Shown here in pieces: positions 16,449 to 27,061 of a stretch of DNA of 27,073 nt (within the stretch, counting starts at the first letter, position 1; each line of letters begins with the position of its first letter). Under the pieces are notes generated by a model, which saw only the letters and a list, made by a program, of their open reading frames with translations, was not told the DNA's origin and searched no databases. A program made the translations under genes and the position numbers. This DNA is from a bacterium (GTDB lineage: Bacteria; Zhuqueibacterota; Zhuqueibacteria; Oceanimicrobiales; Oceanimicrobiaceae). The stretch lies in contig JBHHXN010000061.1 of NCBI GenBank assembly GCA_046757025.1, positions 1 to 27,073 on the forward strand. Reading direction: 5' to 3'.

Positions 16449-17669
16449 TTACTCAAATGTGTTCAGAGTATTCAGGTAATCCTGAAGCACTTGCTCTGAA
16501 ATGTCAAAATCGGTCACATCCAGTTTTTGTGGCCGGGGGAATTTTTTCATCAAGGATTCAGCCGCCTGGATAACTAGACTATCGCTCAGCGAATTTGGCG
16601 AGTCTTTTGCCATGCGCAGGGCCTGATGTTCCTCCCCCATAGGCTGCCACAACGCAGGATCTCTTTTGCTAAACAGGACCACCGATGGCGTACCCACCCC
16701 CGCAGCTAAATACATCGCCTCTGAATCCTGACCGATAAAAACATGACAAAAAGAGAAAACTGCTGCCAGTTTAATCGGCGGTCGGCCCACAACCGTGATG
16801 GGCTTAAAGGGTAAGCCGTTTTCAAATTCTAACCCGAATTCGGCGTCATCCGCAAACCAGGTCACCACGATATTAGCGTTGTGGTTTTCGCTGAAATGAC
16901 GCGCTACTTTTACGAATTTATCCACCGGCCAGCGAGGATGCTCATGCCGGGCTCCTAGATGAATTGCTACTGCGATTTTGTCATGCTGCATGCCCTGGTC
17001 AATTAAAAAATCCAGAGCGCGGTTTCGATGGGTTTTGGCCAGATTTATTTCGCATGAAAGATCGCGGTGATCGACGCCAAGATACCGTACAATGTCTAAA
17101 TTCCTCTCGCTTTGATTCTTCTCGAACCGTGCATAAGGCGCAATCAGATTGTAAAAAAAGTTGCTTTTGCAGTATGGAAAAATCAAATGCTCTGAGCCCA
17201 AAACATATCTCGCTTTGGAAAAATAGGCCAGCAGATCGCTCAGCAGTGAATGCGACACCGTATTCAACACCATGGCCAGATCAAATTTTGATCTCAGCTT
17301 TCTAAAAAAACGCAAAACCTTGAGAATGGACCAGCCGAAAATTCGTTCATTAAAGGGAATAATCTCGTCAAGATAAACGCTGTGTTGGACCAGCGGCGTC
17401 AGACCGGCTTTCACCAAAACCGCAATATGCGCATCGGGGAAGTGTTGTCTTACCGCCCGCAAAACCGGCGTGCATAAGATCAAATCACTCGCCCGATCAT
17501 GTGCTTTGACAATGAGGATACGGTGAATCTGGGATTTATTTATTTGTGACGGCGCCATGGCTTTGTTGTCTATGGCTTTTTCCAAAAACCGAATACACGC
17601 ATTTTTTAATAGCGATTTAAAAAAAGAAAACGACACCGTACTGACAAATCCTTCTTCTTTAGTATTCAT
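16449..17669 (-). CDS. glycosyltransferase family 9 (heptosyltransferase-like)
   Basis: RILIVK..R.SDLILCTP.LRAVR.HFPDA.I, IHLGA....RWP...F and DS..M.LAA.VGTP.V.LF. Confidence 0.85.
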   Translation of the reverse strand: MNTKEEGFVSTVSFSFFKSLLKNACIRFLEKAIDNKAMAPSQINKSQIHRILIVKAHDRASDLILCTPVLRAVRQHFPDAHIAVLVKAGLTPLVQHSVYLDEIIPFNERIFGWSILKVLRFFRKLRSKFDLAMVLNTVSHSLLSDLLAYFSKARYVLGSEHLIFPYCKSNFFYNLIAPYARFEKNQSERNLDIVRYLGVDHRDLSCEINLAKTHRNRALDFLIDQGMQHDKIAVAIHLGARHEHPRWPVDKFVKVARHFSENHNANIVVTWFADDAEFGLEFENGLPFKPITVVGRPPIKLAAVFSFCHVFIGQDSEAMYLAAGVGTPSVVLFSKRDPALWQPMGEEHQALRMAKDSPNSLSDSLVIQAAESLMKKFPRPQKLDVTDFDISEQVLQDYLNTLNTFE

Positions 17670-17963
17670 CCTAAAGGGATTGTTTTATTGATTACGAATT
17701 TAAAATGGCTTTGAAAGTGAAATGGAATTAATTCACTAAGCTCACTATTTTCAGAGACTAAAAGTTCCTTTTTCGTCATCCAGTGAATTCAATTTGAATC
17801 GAGTTTGAATCCGCTTTGCGTTCAGCATATCCAGATGTGTAAAATTAACCGGATTCAAATAGCATCTGCGGTACCCAGGTAAATGCCTTTTCAAAAATAC
17901 CGTCGAGCTGCGAAAAGGTTTAGCGCAATTTCAAATCGTTTGCTTTGAAAGCGTGAAATGCCA

Positions 17964-19052
17964 TCATGGATTTCCGGTCGCCAACCCGGCTAGCGCGTGT
18001 ATTTGCCTGGCAACCGCCACCGAATCGTGATATTTTTTAACCCAGTCTCTGCCTGCCCGCCCTTTTGCCTTTCTCAAATCGGGATTTTCGATCAGGTCAC
18101 GCAATTTTTGCTCTATGTTGTTCTCGTCTATGACCACAAACGGGTGATCCGGATAGCGCTTTTCAAAACCGGACGCCAGGCAGGAGCAGGTAGCGATTCC
18201 CATGGCCAAAGATTCCAGCGAATTTACTCCGTACCCTAATTCACCAAGCTGGTCCACAAAAATGTGACATTGAGCTTTTTTTTGAATAGCCATTCGGTGT
18301 GGAAGATTTTCAATCAGAAGCAGCTCCACTGAATACCTCTTTTGCAACGACTGGATGGCGGTTATTATGGTATCGCTGCCTTTGGCCTGACGATTCGTGG
18401 GGGCATGACCGATTTTGATGATTTCTCCGTCGGGCTCAGGGCGCAGTTTGAAACCGCTGGTATCAAAGGGGAAAAGCACGTGGTGAATTTCGTGATGCAA
18501 CCGCAGGTGATCGAATTCCAGTGTCACATTTAAGTCACTGCAGGCATCAATGACGGTCATGACGCCCCGTGTCCTCAAGTCGCTGCCCGTGTAACAACAA
18601 ATGATTTTTTTATTCGCTTGTTTTAACCGCTGGACAGTCCGACCGTCGCGGAAGAACTCTAACCCACCATCCAATTGGTAAACATCAAAATTCCAGAAAT
18701 CGATTTTTTCAAACAGACCAGATATTATTTTTTGCCAGCGCGCCTCTCTGAATTTAATCAACATTTTTTCAGCCCGCCCGTTAGGCCGCCATGTCAAAGG
18801 GATTTCGTCCGGTGATTTGATTCGGTTGTCGATGCTCAATTTGTTCGGATTGGAAAACAACCGCTTGGCAAAGCGCGTACCCCAGAAATTCAAATAGGGC
18901 AGCTCAAGGCAAACGTCCTCTTCGTAGTTGCGTGCATCCTTTCCCAGTGTGATCAGCCGGCTGTAGTGCTTTAATTTTCGTTCCGCTTTAACCAGTGTAA
19001 AGGGCACTCCGGCGGTGTTGAACGGTGCAATATGTAATATTTTCAAGCCCAA
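17964..19052 (-). CDS. GT-B glycosyltransferase (GT4-like)
   Basis: KILHI, TGSDLR, HAPTNRQAKGS, DQL...GYGVNSLESLAMG and C-terminal G..GR.WV...HD. Confidence 0.85.
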   Translation of the reverse strand: MGLKILHIAPFNTAGVPFTLVKAERKLKHYSRLITLGKDARNYEEDVCLELPYLNFWGTRFAKRLFSNPNKLSIDNRIKSPDEIPLTWRPNGRAEKMLIKFREARWQKIISGLFEKIDFWNFDVYQLDGGLEFFRDGRTVQRLKQANKKIICCYTGSDLRTRGVMTVIDACSDLNVTLEFDHLRLHHEIHHVLFPFDTSGFKLRPEPDGEIIKIGHAPTNRQAKGSDTIITAIQSLQKRYSVELLLIENLPHRMAIQKKAQCHIFVDQLGELGYGVNSLESLAMGIATCSCLASGFEKRYPDHPFVVIDENNIEQKLRDLIENPDLRKAKGRAGRDWVKKYHDSVAVARQIHALAGLATGNP

Positions 19053-19084
19053 CCAACTTTGATGGTTATCTTAAAATATTTCAA

Positions 19085-20095
19085 CTACAAAGTTTTGACG
19101 AAAGTATCGCGAAATACGCCCTGCGCGCCAAAGCTTTCTTTAAATTTTGCCAGGCCCCAGTTTGGCTTCATATTGACGGTAAAAATGCCGAAATCGAGAA
19201 ATTTGAGTTGTCGGCGAATACACCAGCGAAACGCTTCATAGAACAGCAAATTGACACTGCGGTAGTTTTGCAATTTTTCATCATGCGAAACGTAAAACGC
19301 CAGCGCCACTTTTTTATTGCAAATAAAAATCAAAATGCCCGCCGCAATCTGGTTATTCGCCTGCGCCGTAAACAACCTGATTTCATCTGGAAAAAGCGAC
19401 TTGAGATATACCAGCTCCTGCAGGGTATGCGTGGGCTGAACATGGTGCCGCAGTTGCAGATTCTTTTTCAGCAGCACGTAAAAAGCCCCGAAATCATCTG
19501 ATTCCTGAACCTGCACCCCCAGTTTGAGGGCTTTTCGCACGGCTCGTCGCGATTCCGGACTAAAAATCAACAACGTGTCTTCTTCAGCAAAATCCAGAGG
19601 AATCACACTGGACACTTCCCTTTTTTGGTAGGTGAATCCAAAATCCAGCAGCGCGAAATCCAGATAATTGCTGGGACGCCAGTGATAAATTTGCGGCGGC
19701 AGGGTGATCTGGATTTGATTGCAAGCGTTTCTTTGGGCATAATCCAAAAGCGATTCCACCAGGCGAAAGGTGTCCTTAAACGACAGCGTGGAACGAAACG
19801 CCGGCCCGGCCATGGAGGCGCCTGCATGAGAAATCAATCTTTTATGGCCGTCAATCTGTTTTACGACCGCCGGCAGAACAGCCATCCATTTATTGTCCTT
19901 TTTGAAAATAAGCGAAGCATCGGTGAATCGGTCAGGCGGATGATAGTTGATAAATCGCCTGGTGTGGAACAGCGTACCGTTATTGGATTTAACAACGAAC
20001 TCATCCCACTCAGAAGCCTTCGATTCCGAATAGCTTTCAACTTGAAAGACTTTTTGATTTTTGAGCTCTTGAAAAGCGAGTTCGCGAGTTTTCAT
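19085..20095 (-). CDS. GNAT-fold FemAB-like acyltransferase
   Basis: WDEFV..S.NGTLFH...F..YH, RRAVRKA.K.GV, FLDFG and GL..FKESFGA. The start overlaps the argF stop (ATGA). Confidence 0.85.
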   Translation of the reverse strand: MKTRELAFQELKNQKVFQVESYSESKASEWDEFVVKSNNGTLFHTRRFINYHPPDRFTDASLIFKKDNKWMAVLPAVVKQIDGHKRLISHAGASMAGPAFRSTLSFKDTFRLVESLLDYAQRNACNQIQITLPPQIYHWRPSNYLDFALLDFGFTYQKREVSSVIPLDFAEEDTLLIFSPESRRAVRKALKLGVQVQESDDFGAFYVLLKKNLQLRHHVQPTHTLQELVYLKSLFPDEIRLFTAQANNQIAAGILIFICNKKVALAFYVSHDEKLQNYRSVNLLFYEAFRWCIRRQLKFLDFGIFTVNMKPNWGLAKFKESFGAQGVFRDTFVKTL

Positions 20096-21003
20096 CTTGC
20101 TAATTTTACCATGATAGCCTTTTGCACATGCAGGCGGTTTTCAGCCTCATCGAACACGATAGAATTTGGTCCGTCGATGACGTCCCGCGTGATCTCTTCT
20201 CCGCGATGGGCGGGCAGACAGTGCATGACCAGACAGTCCGGATTGGCGGCTTGCATGACCTGCGCATTCACCTGGAAATCTTTAAATACGCGTTTTCGTT
20301 GCTCCACTTCCCCTTCCTGACCCATGCTTGCCCAGACATCGGTGTAAACCACGTCGGCATCACGGGCGGCCTCCACCGGATCGTGTAAAATTTGAATGTC
20401 GCTCAAATTTTGTTCCTGCGCGGTCTTAAGTATGGCGGCATCGGGTTCATAGCCCGCGGGAACCGCCAGATGCAACGTCATGGGCAGTTTAGAAGCGATA
20501 TTCAGCCAGGAATTGGCCACGTTATTGCCATCGCCGATGTAGGTGATTTTAAAATCGTGAATTCGGTGTATTTTTTCGAAAATGGTAAACACATCTGCCA
20601 TAATCTGGCAAGGATGCAGCAAATCGGTCAGGCCGTTGATCACCGGCGCCGAAGCATGCTCAGCCAATTCGAGGATGTCTTCATGCCCGAACAAACGCGC
20701 CATGATCATATCCACATAGCGTGACAGGGTTTGAGCCACATCGCCGATGGCTTCTCGTTTGCCGATCTGGATGTCATTGGGTCCCAAATACAATGCATGT
20801 CCCCCGAGCTGGAACATCCCCACTTCAAATGAAACACGGGTTCGCGCTGAAGGTTTTTGAAAAATCATGGCCAGTGTTTTGCCCTGCAGGTAAGCGTGCG
20901 CTTCCCCTGCTTTCTGTTTGGATTTTAATTCTTCTGTCAGCTTAAAGATATCTTCGATTTCCTCTCTCGTCAAATCCGAAATAGCCAAAAAATGTTTGTT
21001 CAA
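20092..21003 (-). CDS. argF: ornithine carbamoyltransferase
   Basis: FQKPSARTRVSFE, HPCQ, GDGNNV, DVWASMG, HCLP and AENRLH; TTG start with a GGAG RBS. Confidence 0.95.
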   Translation of the reverse strand: MNKHFLAISDLTREEIEDIFKLTEELKSKQKAGEAHAYLQGKTLAMIFQKPSARTRVSFEVGMFQLGGHALYLGPNDIQIGKREAIGDVAQTLSRYVDMIMARLFGHEDILELAEHASAPVINGLTDLLHPCQIMADVFTIFEKIHRIHDFKITYIGDGNNVANSWLNIASKLPMTLHLAVPAGYEPDAAILKTAQEQNLSDIQILHDPVEAARDADVVYTDVWASMGQEGEVEQRKRVFKDFQVNAQVMQAANPDCLVMHCLPAHRGEEITRDVIDGPNSIVFDEAENRLHVQKAIMVKLAR

Positions 21004-21112
21004 TTCACGTCTCCAGTTTGAATATTGGTTTAAAAAAAAGGCGTGGCATATAATCCAACAAAAAAAATCAATTTAGTTTTGGGTCATTCCGTTTGCACAC
21101 AAAAAAAGCGAT

Positions 21113-22480
21113 TTACAAAATGTACCTGCTCAAATCTTCATCTTCTACAATGTCTTGCAGCTTTTGCTTTACAATGTCTTTGGTAATGGTCAATTCTTTT
21201 ATTTTGGTGCTGGGTACATCAAATAAAAAGTTTTCCAGCAGCGCCGTCAGTACCGTGTGCAACCGGCGGGCGCCTATGTTTTCAGTTTTGCTGTTAACCT
21301 GACTGGCGATGGCCGCGATCTCCTCAATGGCGTCATCTTCAAAGGATAACTTCACCCCTTCAGTTTTCAGCAAAGCGATGTACTGCTTGAGCAGAGCATT
21401 TTCAGGTTCTTTCAGGATACGCACAAAATCCTTGGAAGTCAGACTGGACAGCTCCACGCGAATGGGAAATCGCCCCTGCAGCTCGGGGATCAGATCAGAT
21501 GGTTTCGACACGTGAAAAGCTCCGGAAGCAATAAACAAGATGTGATCGGTTTTCACCATGCCATATTTTGTGAACACGCTGGTGCCCTCCACCACGGGCA
21601 GGAGGTCGCGCTGCACACCTTCGCGAGAAACGTCCGGCCCCGATTTACTGTTTTCCCCGGCGATCTTGTCGATTTCATCCAGAAACACGATACCCGAGTT
21701 TTGCACCCGCTGAATGGACTCCTGGATCACTTGCTCCATATCGATCAGTTTTTGGGCCTCTTCCTGTGTGAGGTAATTCCTGGCTTCGGCCACCGTCATT
21801 TTTCGTCTTTTGGATTTTTTGGGCATCATGCCACCGAAGAGGTCTTGAAAATTCACACCCATCTCCTCAACGCCCATGGGTGAGATGATCTGCATCAGGG
21901 GGAACTGTTCAGACTGCACGTCTAATTCCACCATGCGCTCTTCCAGCTCGCCGCTCTGCAGTTGTTTCTTGATTTTTTCACGCGTCCGCCGATACCGTGC
22001 TTCGGCGTCATTGGGAACATCTAAATCCGACTCCACCCGTTTGCGATTTCCCGGAGGCGGTGGAAGCATTATTTCCAAAAGCCGTTCTTCTGCATGATTT
22101 TGCGCGGCTTCCTGCACTTCATTAGCCATTTCAGCTTTTACCATGGAAACGGCTAAATCGGTTAAATCACGAATGATGGATTCCACGTCTCGGCCAACAT
22201 AACCGACCTCGGTAAATTTGGAGGCTTCGACTTTTATGAAGGGAGCGTTGGCTAAGCGCGCTAATCGGCGGGCGATTTCGGTTTTGCCTACTCCGGTGGG
22301 TCCTATCAAAATGATGTTGTTCGGGTAAATTTCTTCCTGGAGATTTTCGGGAACCTGCAAACGGCGCCAGCGATTTCTCAATGCGATGGCTACCGATTTT
22401 TTTGCTTTGTCTTGACCGATAACATATTTGTCCAATTCATCAACAATTTGTCTGGGTGTGAACTCTTTAATATCTAGCAT
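21113..22480 (-). CDS. hslU: ATP-dependent protease ATPase subunit HslU
   Basis: ALRNRWRR, Walker [13 protein letters not shown] pore loop, DEIDK, ELQGRFP and C-terminal RYIL. Confidence 0.97.
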   Translation of the reverse strand: MLDIKEFTPRQIVDELDKYVIGQDKAKKSVAIALRNRWRRLQVPENLQEEIYPNNIILIGPTGVGKTEIARRLARLANAPFIKVEASKFTEVGYVGRDVESIIRDLTDLAVSMVKAEMANEVQEAAQNHAEERLLEIMLPPPPGNRKRVESDLDVPNDAEARYRRTREKIKKQLQSGELEERMVELDVQSEQFPLMQIISPMGVEEMGVNFQDLFGGMMPKKSKRRKMTVAEARNYLTQEEAQKLIDMEQVIQESIQRVQNSGIVFLDEIDKIAGENSKSGPDVSREGVQRDLLPVVEGTSVFTKYGMVKTDHILFIASGAFHVSKPSDLIPELQGRFPIRVELSSLTSKDFVRILKEPENALLKQYIALLKTEGVKLSFEDDAIEEIAAIASQVNSKTENIGARRLHTVLTALLENFLFDVPSTKIKELTITKDIVKQKLQDIVEDEDLSRYIL

Positions 22481-22498
22481 CTGCTGGTGTCCTTGAGC

Positions 22499-23032
22499 TT
22501 AAATTTCCTGAATGGTTAAATCTGAATTCGTGTAAATACAGATATTGGCGGCAATTTTTAAGGATTCTTCTACGATTTCCAGGGCGCTTAAATCGGAACG
22601 ATTTATGAGCGCAATGGCGGCCGCTTTTGCGTAACTCCCTCCCGAGCCGATGGCAATGACGTTGTCGTCCGGTTCGATCACGTCCCCGGTTCCCGAAATT
22701 AATAATAAATCTTTGGTATCCATAACCACCAACTGCGCTTCGAGCCTTCTCAGGAACCGGTCTGTGCGCCACTCTTTTGCCAGCTCCACTGCGGCCCGGC
22801 TCAGGTTGCCGTCGTACTGATCAAGACGATTCTCAAATTTTTCAAAAAGAGTGAAAGCGTCGGCAGAAGCGCCTGCAAAGCCAGCCAGAACTGAATCGTT
22901 AAATATTTTTCTGATTTTTTTGGCTTGCAGTTTAAGGATGGATTCCCCAAAAGTAACCTGCCCGTCCCCCCCCATGGCGCTTTTACCTTTGTGCTGAACT
23001 CCAATTATGGTGGTACTGCGTATTTTTTTCAT
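22499..23032 (-). CDS. hslV: ATP-dependent protease peptidase subunit HslV
   Basis: STTI...[32 protein letters not shown] and ICIYTN. The ATG at 23032 is preferred. Confidence 0.97.
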   Translation of the reverse strand: MKKIRSTTIIGVQHKGKSAMGGDGQVTFGESILKLQAKKIRKIFNDSVLAGFAGASADAFTLFEKFENRLDQYDGNLSRAAVELAKEWRTDRFLRRLEAQLVVMDTKDLLLISGTGDVIEPDDNVIAIGSGGSYAKAAAIALINRSDLSALEIVEESLKIAANICIYTNSDLTIQEI

Positions 23033-23046
23033 GAGCAACCGTTTGG

Positions 23047-24498
23047 TTAGATTTTTCGGCGCAGTCGCGAAACCGGTATCATCATTTGTTCGCGGTATTT
23101 CGCTACCGTGCGCCGGGCAACATTGAATCCCTTTGTTTTCAACATTTCGGCAATTTTTTGATCGTTTAGCGGTTTATTGGGATCCTCATTTTCGATAATT
23201 TCCTTGATAATTGATTTGATGGTTTTATTCGAGACGTCGTCACCCACATCACTTTTGATGCGCTCACTAAAAAAGTACTTTAGCTCGAAAACGCCGTATT
23301 CAGTTTGAATATACTTACCGTTGGTAACGCGACTGATGGTAGAAATATCCATACCGATTTCATCCGCGATATCCTTTAATATCATAGGCTTGAGATGATC
23401 TTTTCCATGCTCAAAAAAATCGCGTTGCTTTTCAATGATGGTTTGAACCACCCGCAAAATGGTCGCCCGTCTCTGATGAATGGAATTGATCAGCCAGCGT
23501 GCCGACTCTAAACTCTGGCGGATATAATCGCGCGTCTCCTTGCTGGATTTTTTCTTATCCAGCAGCAATTTTTTATACGAGTTGTTGATTCGAAGATGAG
23601 GAATATTCCAGTCATTCATGACAATTCGGAAATCGCCGTTATCTCGCTCAATTACGATGTCCGGCACGATGACATTTTGATGAAACAAAACGTACCCTTC
23701 ACCGGGTTTGGGATTCAATTTGGTAATCTCCGCAATGGCATCCCGAATATCATCCAAAGTGATGTCCATTTTTTTAGCGATTTTTTCATAGCGCTTATTA
23801 GTAAAATCATCAAAATGGTCTTGTAAAATTTCAACCGTAATCGCCGGTGGATTTTCCTTTTCCTGAATTTGCAGTAACAGACACTCCTGCAAGTTCCTCG
23901 CCCCAATTCCGATAGGATCGAATCTCTGAATAACACTTAATACCTTTTCAACCTCCTCCACACTCACTTCCAAATTTAGCGCGACCATTTCTGTGGGAAT
24001 GGATAGATAGCCGTCTTCATTAATATTCCAGATGATATATTCGCCGATCAACAATTCTTGTTCATTTAATTTGCTCATGTGCAGCTGACTGAGAAGGAAT
24101 TCGGGCAGCGTGGTTTGCGCCACTTCCGGCCGCTCAAAAACTTCCGCGCTTTCGTCTTTGGGAATTCGAAAATCGTAGGTGTCTTCGTCGTTTAAAATGG
24201 TATCCCAATCCACTTCCTGTTTTTCAAACTCGTCTATGGCATCGTCTTCTTTTTCCGCCTCCCCGTCTTGGCTGGTCTCCTTAGCCTCCTCTTTCAAATC
24301 CAGCACCTGCTCTTCCTCCATTTCCTCTTCCAACTCCAGCTCCAATTGATCATCGATTTCTAACAAAGGATTCATTTCTAGCTCCAGTTTTATTTTTTGT
24401 TCCAAACTTAAAATGGGCAATTGCAGGAGCGACGAAAGCAACACTTGCTGAGGAGATTGCTTTAGCTGTAAACTGAGTCTTTGAACTAAATTAGGCAT
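23047..24498 (-). CDS. rpoN: RNA polymerase sigma-54 factor
   Basis: Gln/Leu-rich region [10 protein letters not shown], acidic region II, HTH ending STISRV and RpoN box [10 protein letters not shown]. Confidence 0.97.
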   Translation of the reverse strand: MPNLVQRLSLQLKQSPQQVLLSSLLQLPILSLEQKIKLELEMNPLLEIDDQLELELEEEMEEEQVLDLKEEAKETSQDGEAEKEDDAIDEFEKQEVDWDTILNDEDTYDFRIPKDESAEVFERPEVAQTTLPEFLLSQLHMSKLNEQELLIGEYIIWNINEDGYLSIPTEMVALNLEVSVEEVEKVLSVIQRFDPIGIGARNLQECLLLQIQEKENPPAITVEILQDHFDDFTNKRYEKIAKKMDITLDDIRDAIAEITKLNPKPGEGYVLFHQNVIVPDIVIERDNGDFRIVMNDWNIPHLRINNSYKKLLLDKKKSSKETRDYIRQSLESARWLINSIHQRRATILRVVQTIIEKQRDFFEHGKDHLKPMILKDIADEIGMDISTISRVTNGKYIQTEYGVFELKYFFSERIKSDVGDDVSNKTIKSIIKEIIENEDPNKPLNDQKIAEMLKTKGFNVARRTVAKYREQMMIPVSRLRRKI

Positions 24499-24535
24499 GA
24501 CATATTTTATTTTAAATTTCTATGAATAAATTATT

Positions 24536-25258
24536 TTATCGATCTAATTTAAATTTTTCTCCTAAGTACAATTTCAATGCTTCAGGATCATTTGCTAAAA
24601 ATTTGGCCGTGCCGGATTTTAACACCGCCCCGTCAAACATGAGGTATGCTCGGTCAGTAATCGATAACGTTTCATGAACATTGTGATCGGTGATAAACAC
24701 CCCGATGTTTTTCCTTTTTAAATTATACACAATTTTCTGAATTTCTTCAACTGCAATCGGATCCACGCCGGCAAAAGGTTCGTCCAATAAAATAAATTTT
24801 GGATTGGTCACCAGGACGCGGGTGATTTCAACGCGTCGCCGTTCACCACCGGACAAAGTAAAAGCTTTGTTTTTTGCCAGATGTGAAATATTCAACTCCT
24901 CTAATAACGATTCCAATCGACTTTGCCGTTCATCTTTTGACAATGGCATGGTTTCCAGAATAGCCACGATATTTTGCTCAACCGTCAGCCTTCGAAAGAT
25001 GGACGGCTCCTGCGAAAGATAACCGATGCCCAATCGCGCTCTTTTGTACATCGGCATGTTTGTGATGTCGCGCTCTTCGATAAAAATCCTGCCGTGGTCC
25101 GGTGCGATCATACCGGTGATCATGTAAAAAGTCGTGGTCTTACCCGCGCCATTTGGTCCAAGCAACCCCACGATCTCGCCCCGCTCCACTTCAATGCTCA
25201 CCTCATCCACCACCCGACGTCGCCGGTATATTTTCACGAGTCCTTCAGATTTCAGCAT
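24536..25258 (-). CDS. lptB: LPS export ABC transporter ATP-binding protein
   Basis: [31 protein letters not shown] and ITDHNV; synteny with rpoN. Confidence 0.96.
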   Translation of the reverse strand: MLKSEGLVKIYRRRRVVDEVSIEVERGEIVGLLGPNGAGKTTTFYMITGMIAPDHGRIFIEERDITNMPMYKRARLGIGYLSQEPSIFRRLTVEQNIVAILETMPLSKDERQSRLESLLEELNISHLAKNKAFTLSGGERRRVEITRVLVTNPKFILLDEPFAGVDPIAVEEIQKIVYNLKRKNIGVFITDHNVHETLSITDRAYLMFDGAVLKSGTAKFLANDPEALKLYLGEKFKLDR

Positions 25259-25339
25259 CCGCCGTCATTCAGCTTTTCATTGAATTAGTGCAACCAAACC
25301 GATTAAATGTAACAACCATTCGTATCCCAATTTTCGCCA

Positions 25340-26431
25340 TCACTTTTTTGGAGGGGAGTATTTGCCGTTCGCAAACTCAGGATTACTTGACACCCGTATC
25401 CGACTGACTTCGCCTTTGTAAAAATTGATTTCAATTTTATCGCCGGATACTTCGTTTACTCCTTTGTATTCCTGATTTTCAATATTGTGATATTTGCTCA
25501 CCGCTTGGTTTTCAATGAGCACTGTTTGCAGCTTTTTTTCTGAAAAGATAAAATCCATACGATCGCCGGCTAATCGATTGACCCAACGCCCAGGCGAGAG
25601 TGTGTCTGCGTCCGAAGTGGCCAGAGCGTTGCCGATGACCTCAGCCCGCATTAATTGCGAATTCTTCAAATACAATTTCAGAGTGTCGCCGGAAATATGT
25701 TGATTGTCCCGAATCACTATAGGGTTGTGAGTTAAGATGGTTTCTTCTTTTTGTTTGAAATATTCAGCCCGCTCACAGGTAGCGCGAGTTTCCTGCTGTT
25801 TTATCTTCACCTTGCCCAAAGCCACCATGCGATTTCCACCGTCGAACACCTCCATGGAATCACCGGCAATGGTCATGGTCACCCTGCCCAGGCTGTCCAT
25901 TTTAGTCCAAACCGGTTCCTGAAGAATTTTACCGTATTTTTGGCCTCGTAAATATTCTGTCAATCCACCGCTTAAAATCGTTCTTTCTTTCACATTGACA
26001 ATACGCACATGCCCCTGGGAAACGATTTTATTTTCTTTTTCATAGTAAGTGATGCGATCGGCAAATGTGGTGTCCGATTCAGTGATGCTTTCTACATGGC
26101 CAACCGCAATTTGAACAGAAGTCTCTTGATAAAAATAAACCGTGTCTGCATAAAGAGCTTTGTTTTCATCCACGATGCTCACGTGCCCAATCAAGGCAAT
26201 GGGATCCTCGTTGATAAATTGTGTAGCCAGATCACATTCAATCACCGTTTTGCCCTGTTGCAGCTTCACATTGCCCTGCAATATTTGTTTGACGCGGCCA
26301 TTTTTGGTTTCTCTTTTTAAGGCATCTGCGTGCTTCAATAGCAAACGGTCCTCCTGGGTAAGGCCTCTGGCAACAAAAAGGCTACATCCGCAAACCAAAA
26401 AGGAGATAGCTGAAACCACGCTTAATTTCAT
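25340..26431 (-). CDS. lptA: long LptA/OstA-like beta-jellyroll periplasmic protein
   Basis: Repeated GNV/GHV-x-I...(A/G)D motifs and a signal peptide from ATG 26431; lies between lptC and lptB. Confidence 0.75.
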   Translation of the reverse strand: MKLSVVSAISFLVCGCSLFVARGLTQEDRLLLKHADALKRETKNGRVKQILQGNVKLQQGKTVIECDLATQFINEDPIALIGHVSIVDENKALYADTVYFYQETSVQIAVGHVESITESDTTFADRITYYEKENKIVSQGHVRIVNVKERTILSGGLTEYLRGQKYGKILQEPVWTKMDSLGRVTMTIAGDSMEVFDGGNRMVALGKVKIKQQETRATCERAEYFKQKEETILTHNPIVIRDNQHISGDTLKLYLKNSQLMRAEVIGNALATSDADTLSPGRWVNRLAGDRMDFIFSEKKLQTVLIENQAVSKYHNIENQEYKGVNEVSGDKIEINFYKGEVSRIRVSSNPEFANGKYSPPKK

Positions 26432-26438
26432 ATTTTTT

Positions 26439-27017
26439 TTATTTAGTGGATGCATCGTCGTCAATATTCAGATTGAGCTTTTGTTTGGTTACCCCATGGG
26501 GATTTTTAATAACCCAGTTGTGCAAGGCTTTGTCCGACTCAAAACCGACCCCGTTAATGGTATCGTTTTCTGCGGTAACCACCGTGACAAACTCATCTGA
26601 CATGATCATGTTGGTAATTTCGTTCCACTGCAGCCTGGACGTGGTCAACAAAAATCCATTCAGAGACTGCACTCGAACATTTTCAGAGAGTTTGATGTGC
26701 TTACTCACCTCGATGAGTTCCGCTTTTTCAGCAAACACGATGGAGCTCAAAATGCCTTTCTCGTCATATAATTCTATTTCCACTCCCTGATCAAACTGCG
26801 TCACCCGTTTGTTTGAAAATCTTTGCATGTGCGTATATTTAATTTTGGAGGTGATTTTACCTTCGCTGGTGGATGTCAAAACGGCATTCCACCCCTCCTG
26901 ATCCGGAATTTCAACCTTGGCTTGCTGATTGGAGGTCAATTCTTGTTTTGATTGACAAGCCAGCGCCACCGCCAGAAAGGCAAATAAAATCCAATTTTTT
27001 TTTGTGAAAAGCATCAT
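26439..27017 (-). CDS. lptC: LPS export periplasmic protein LptC (lipoprotein-type signal)
   Basis: LAVALAC lipobox, ENVRV...L.T..L.W and I.GVGFESD; synteny. Confidence 0.8.
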   Translation of the reverse strand: MMLFTKKNWILFAFLAVALACQSKQELTSNQQAKVEIPDQEGWNAVLTSTSEGKITSKIKYTHMQRFSNKRVTQFDQGVEIELYDEKGILSSIVFAEKAELIEVSKHIKLSENVRVQSLNGFLLTTSRLQWNEITNMIMSDEFVTVVTAENDTINGVGFESDKALHNWVIKNPHGVTKQKLNLNIDDDASTK

Positions 27018-27061
27018 TTCTATTATCGACGTCTGTATTATCTAAGTCAAATAAACACTAC

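Noticed and set aside
19625..20320. 231-aa plus-strand ORF, and the many other 60-160 aa ORFs overlapping called genes
   Set aside because: They are antisense or alternate-frame shadows of well-supported genes and have no recognisable motifs.
21043..21060. TGGCA as a sigma-54 -24 box near argF
   Set aside because: There is no TTGC -12 element, and it is on the opposite strand to argF.
23012..23032. HslV not starting with Met-Thr
   Set aside because: Short propeptides before the catalytic Thr are known in HslV; not a defect.
24230..24360. Low-complexity Glu/Asp-rich stretch
   Set aside because: This is the normal acidic region II of sigma-54.
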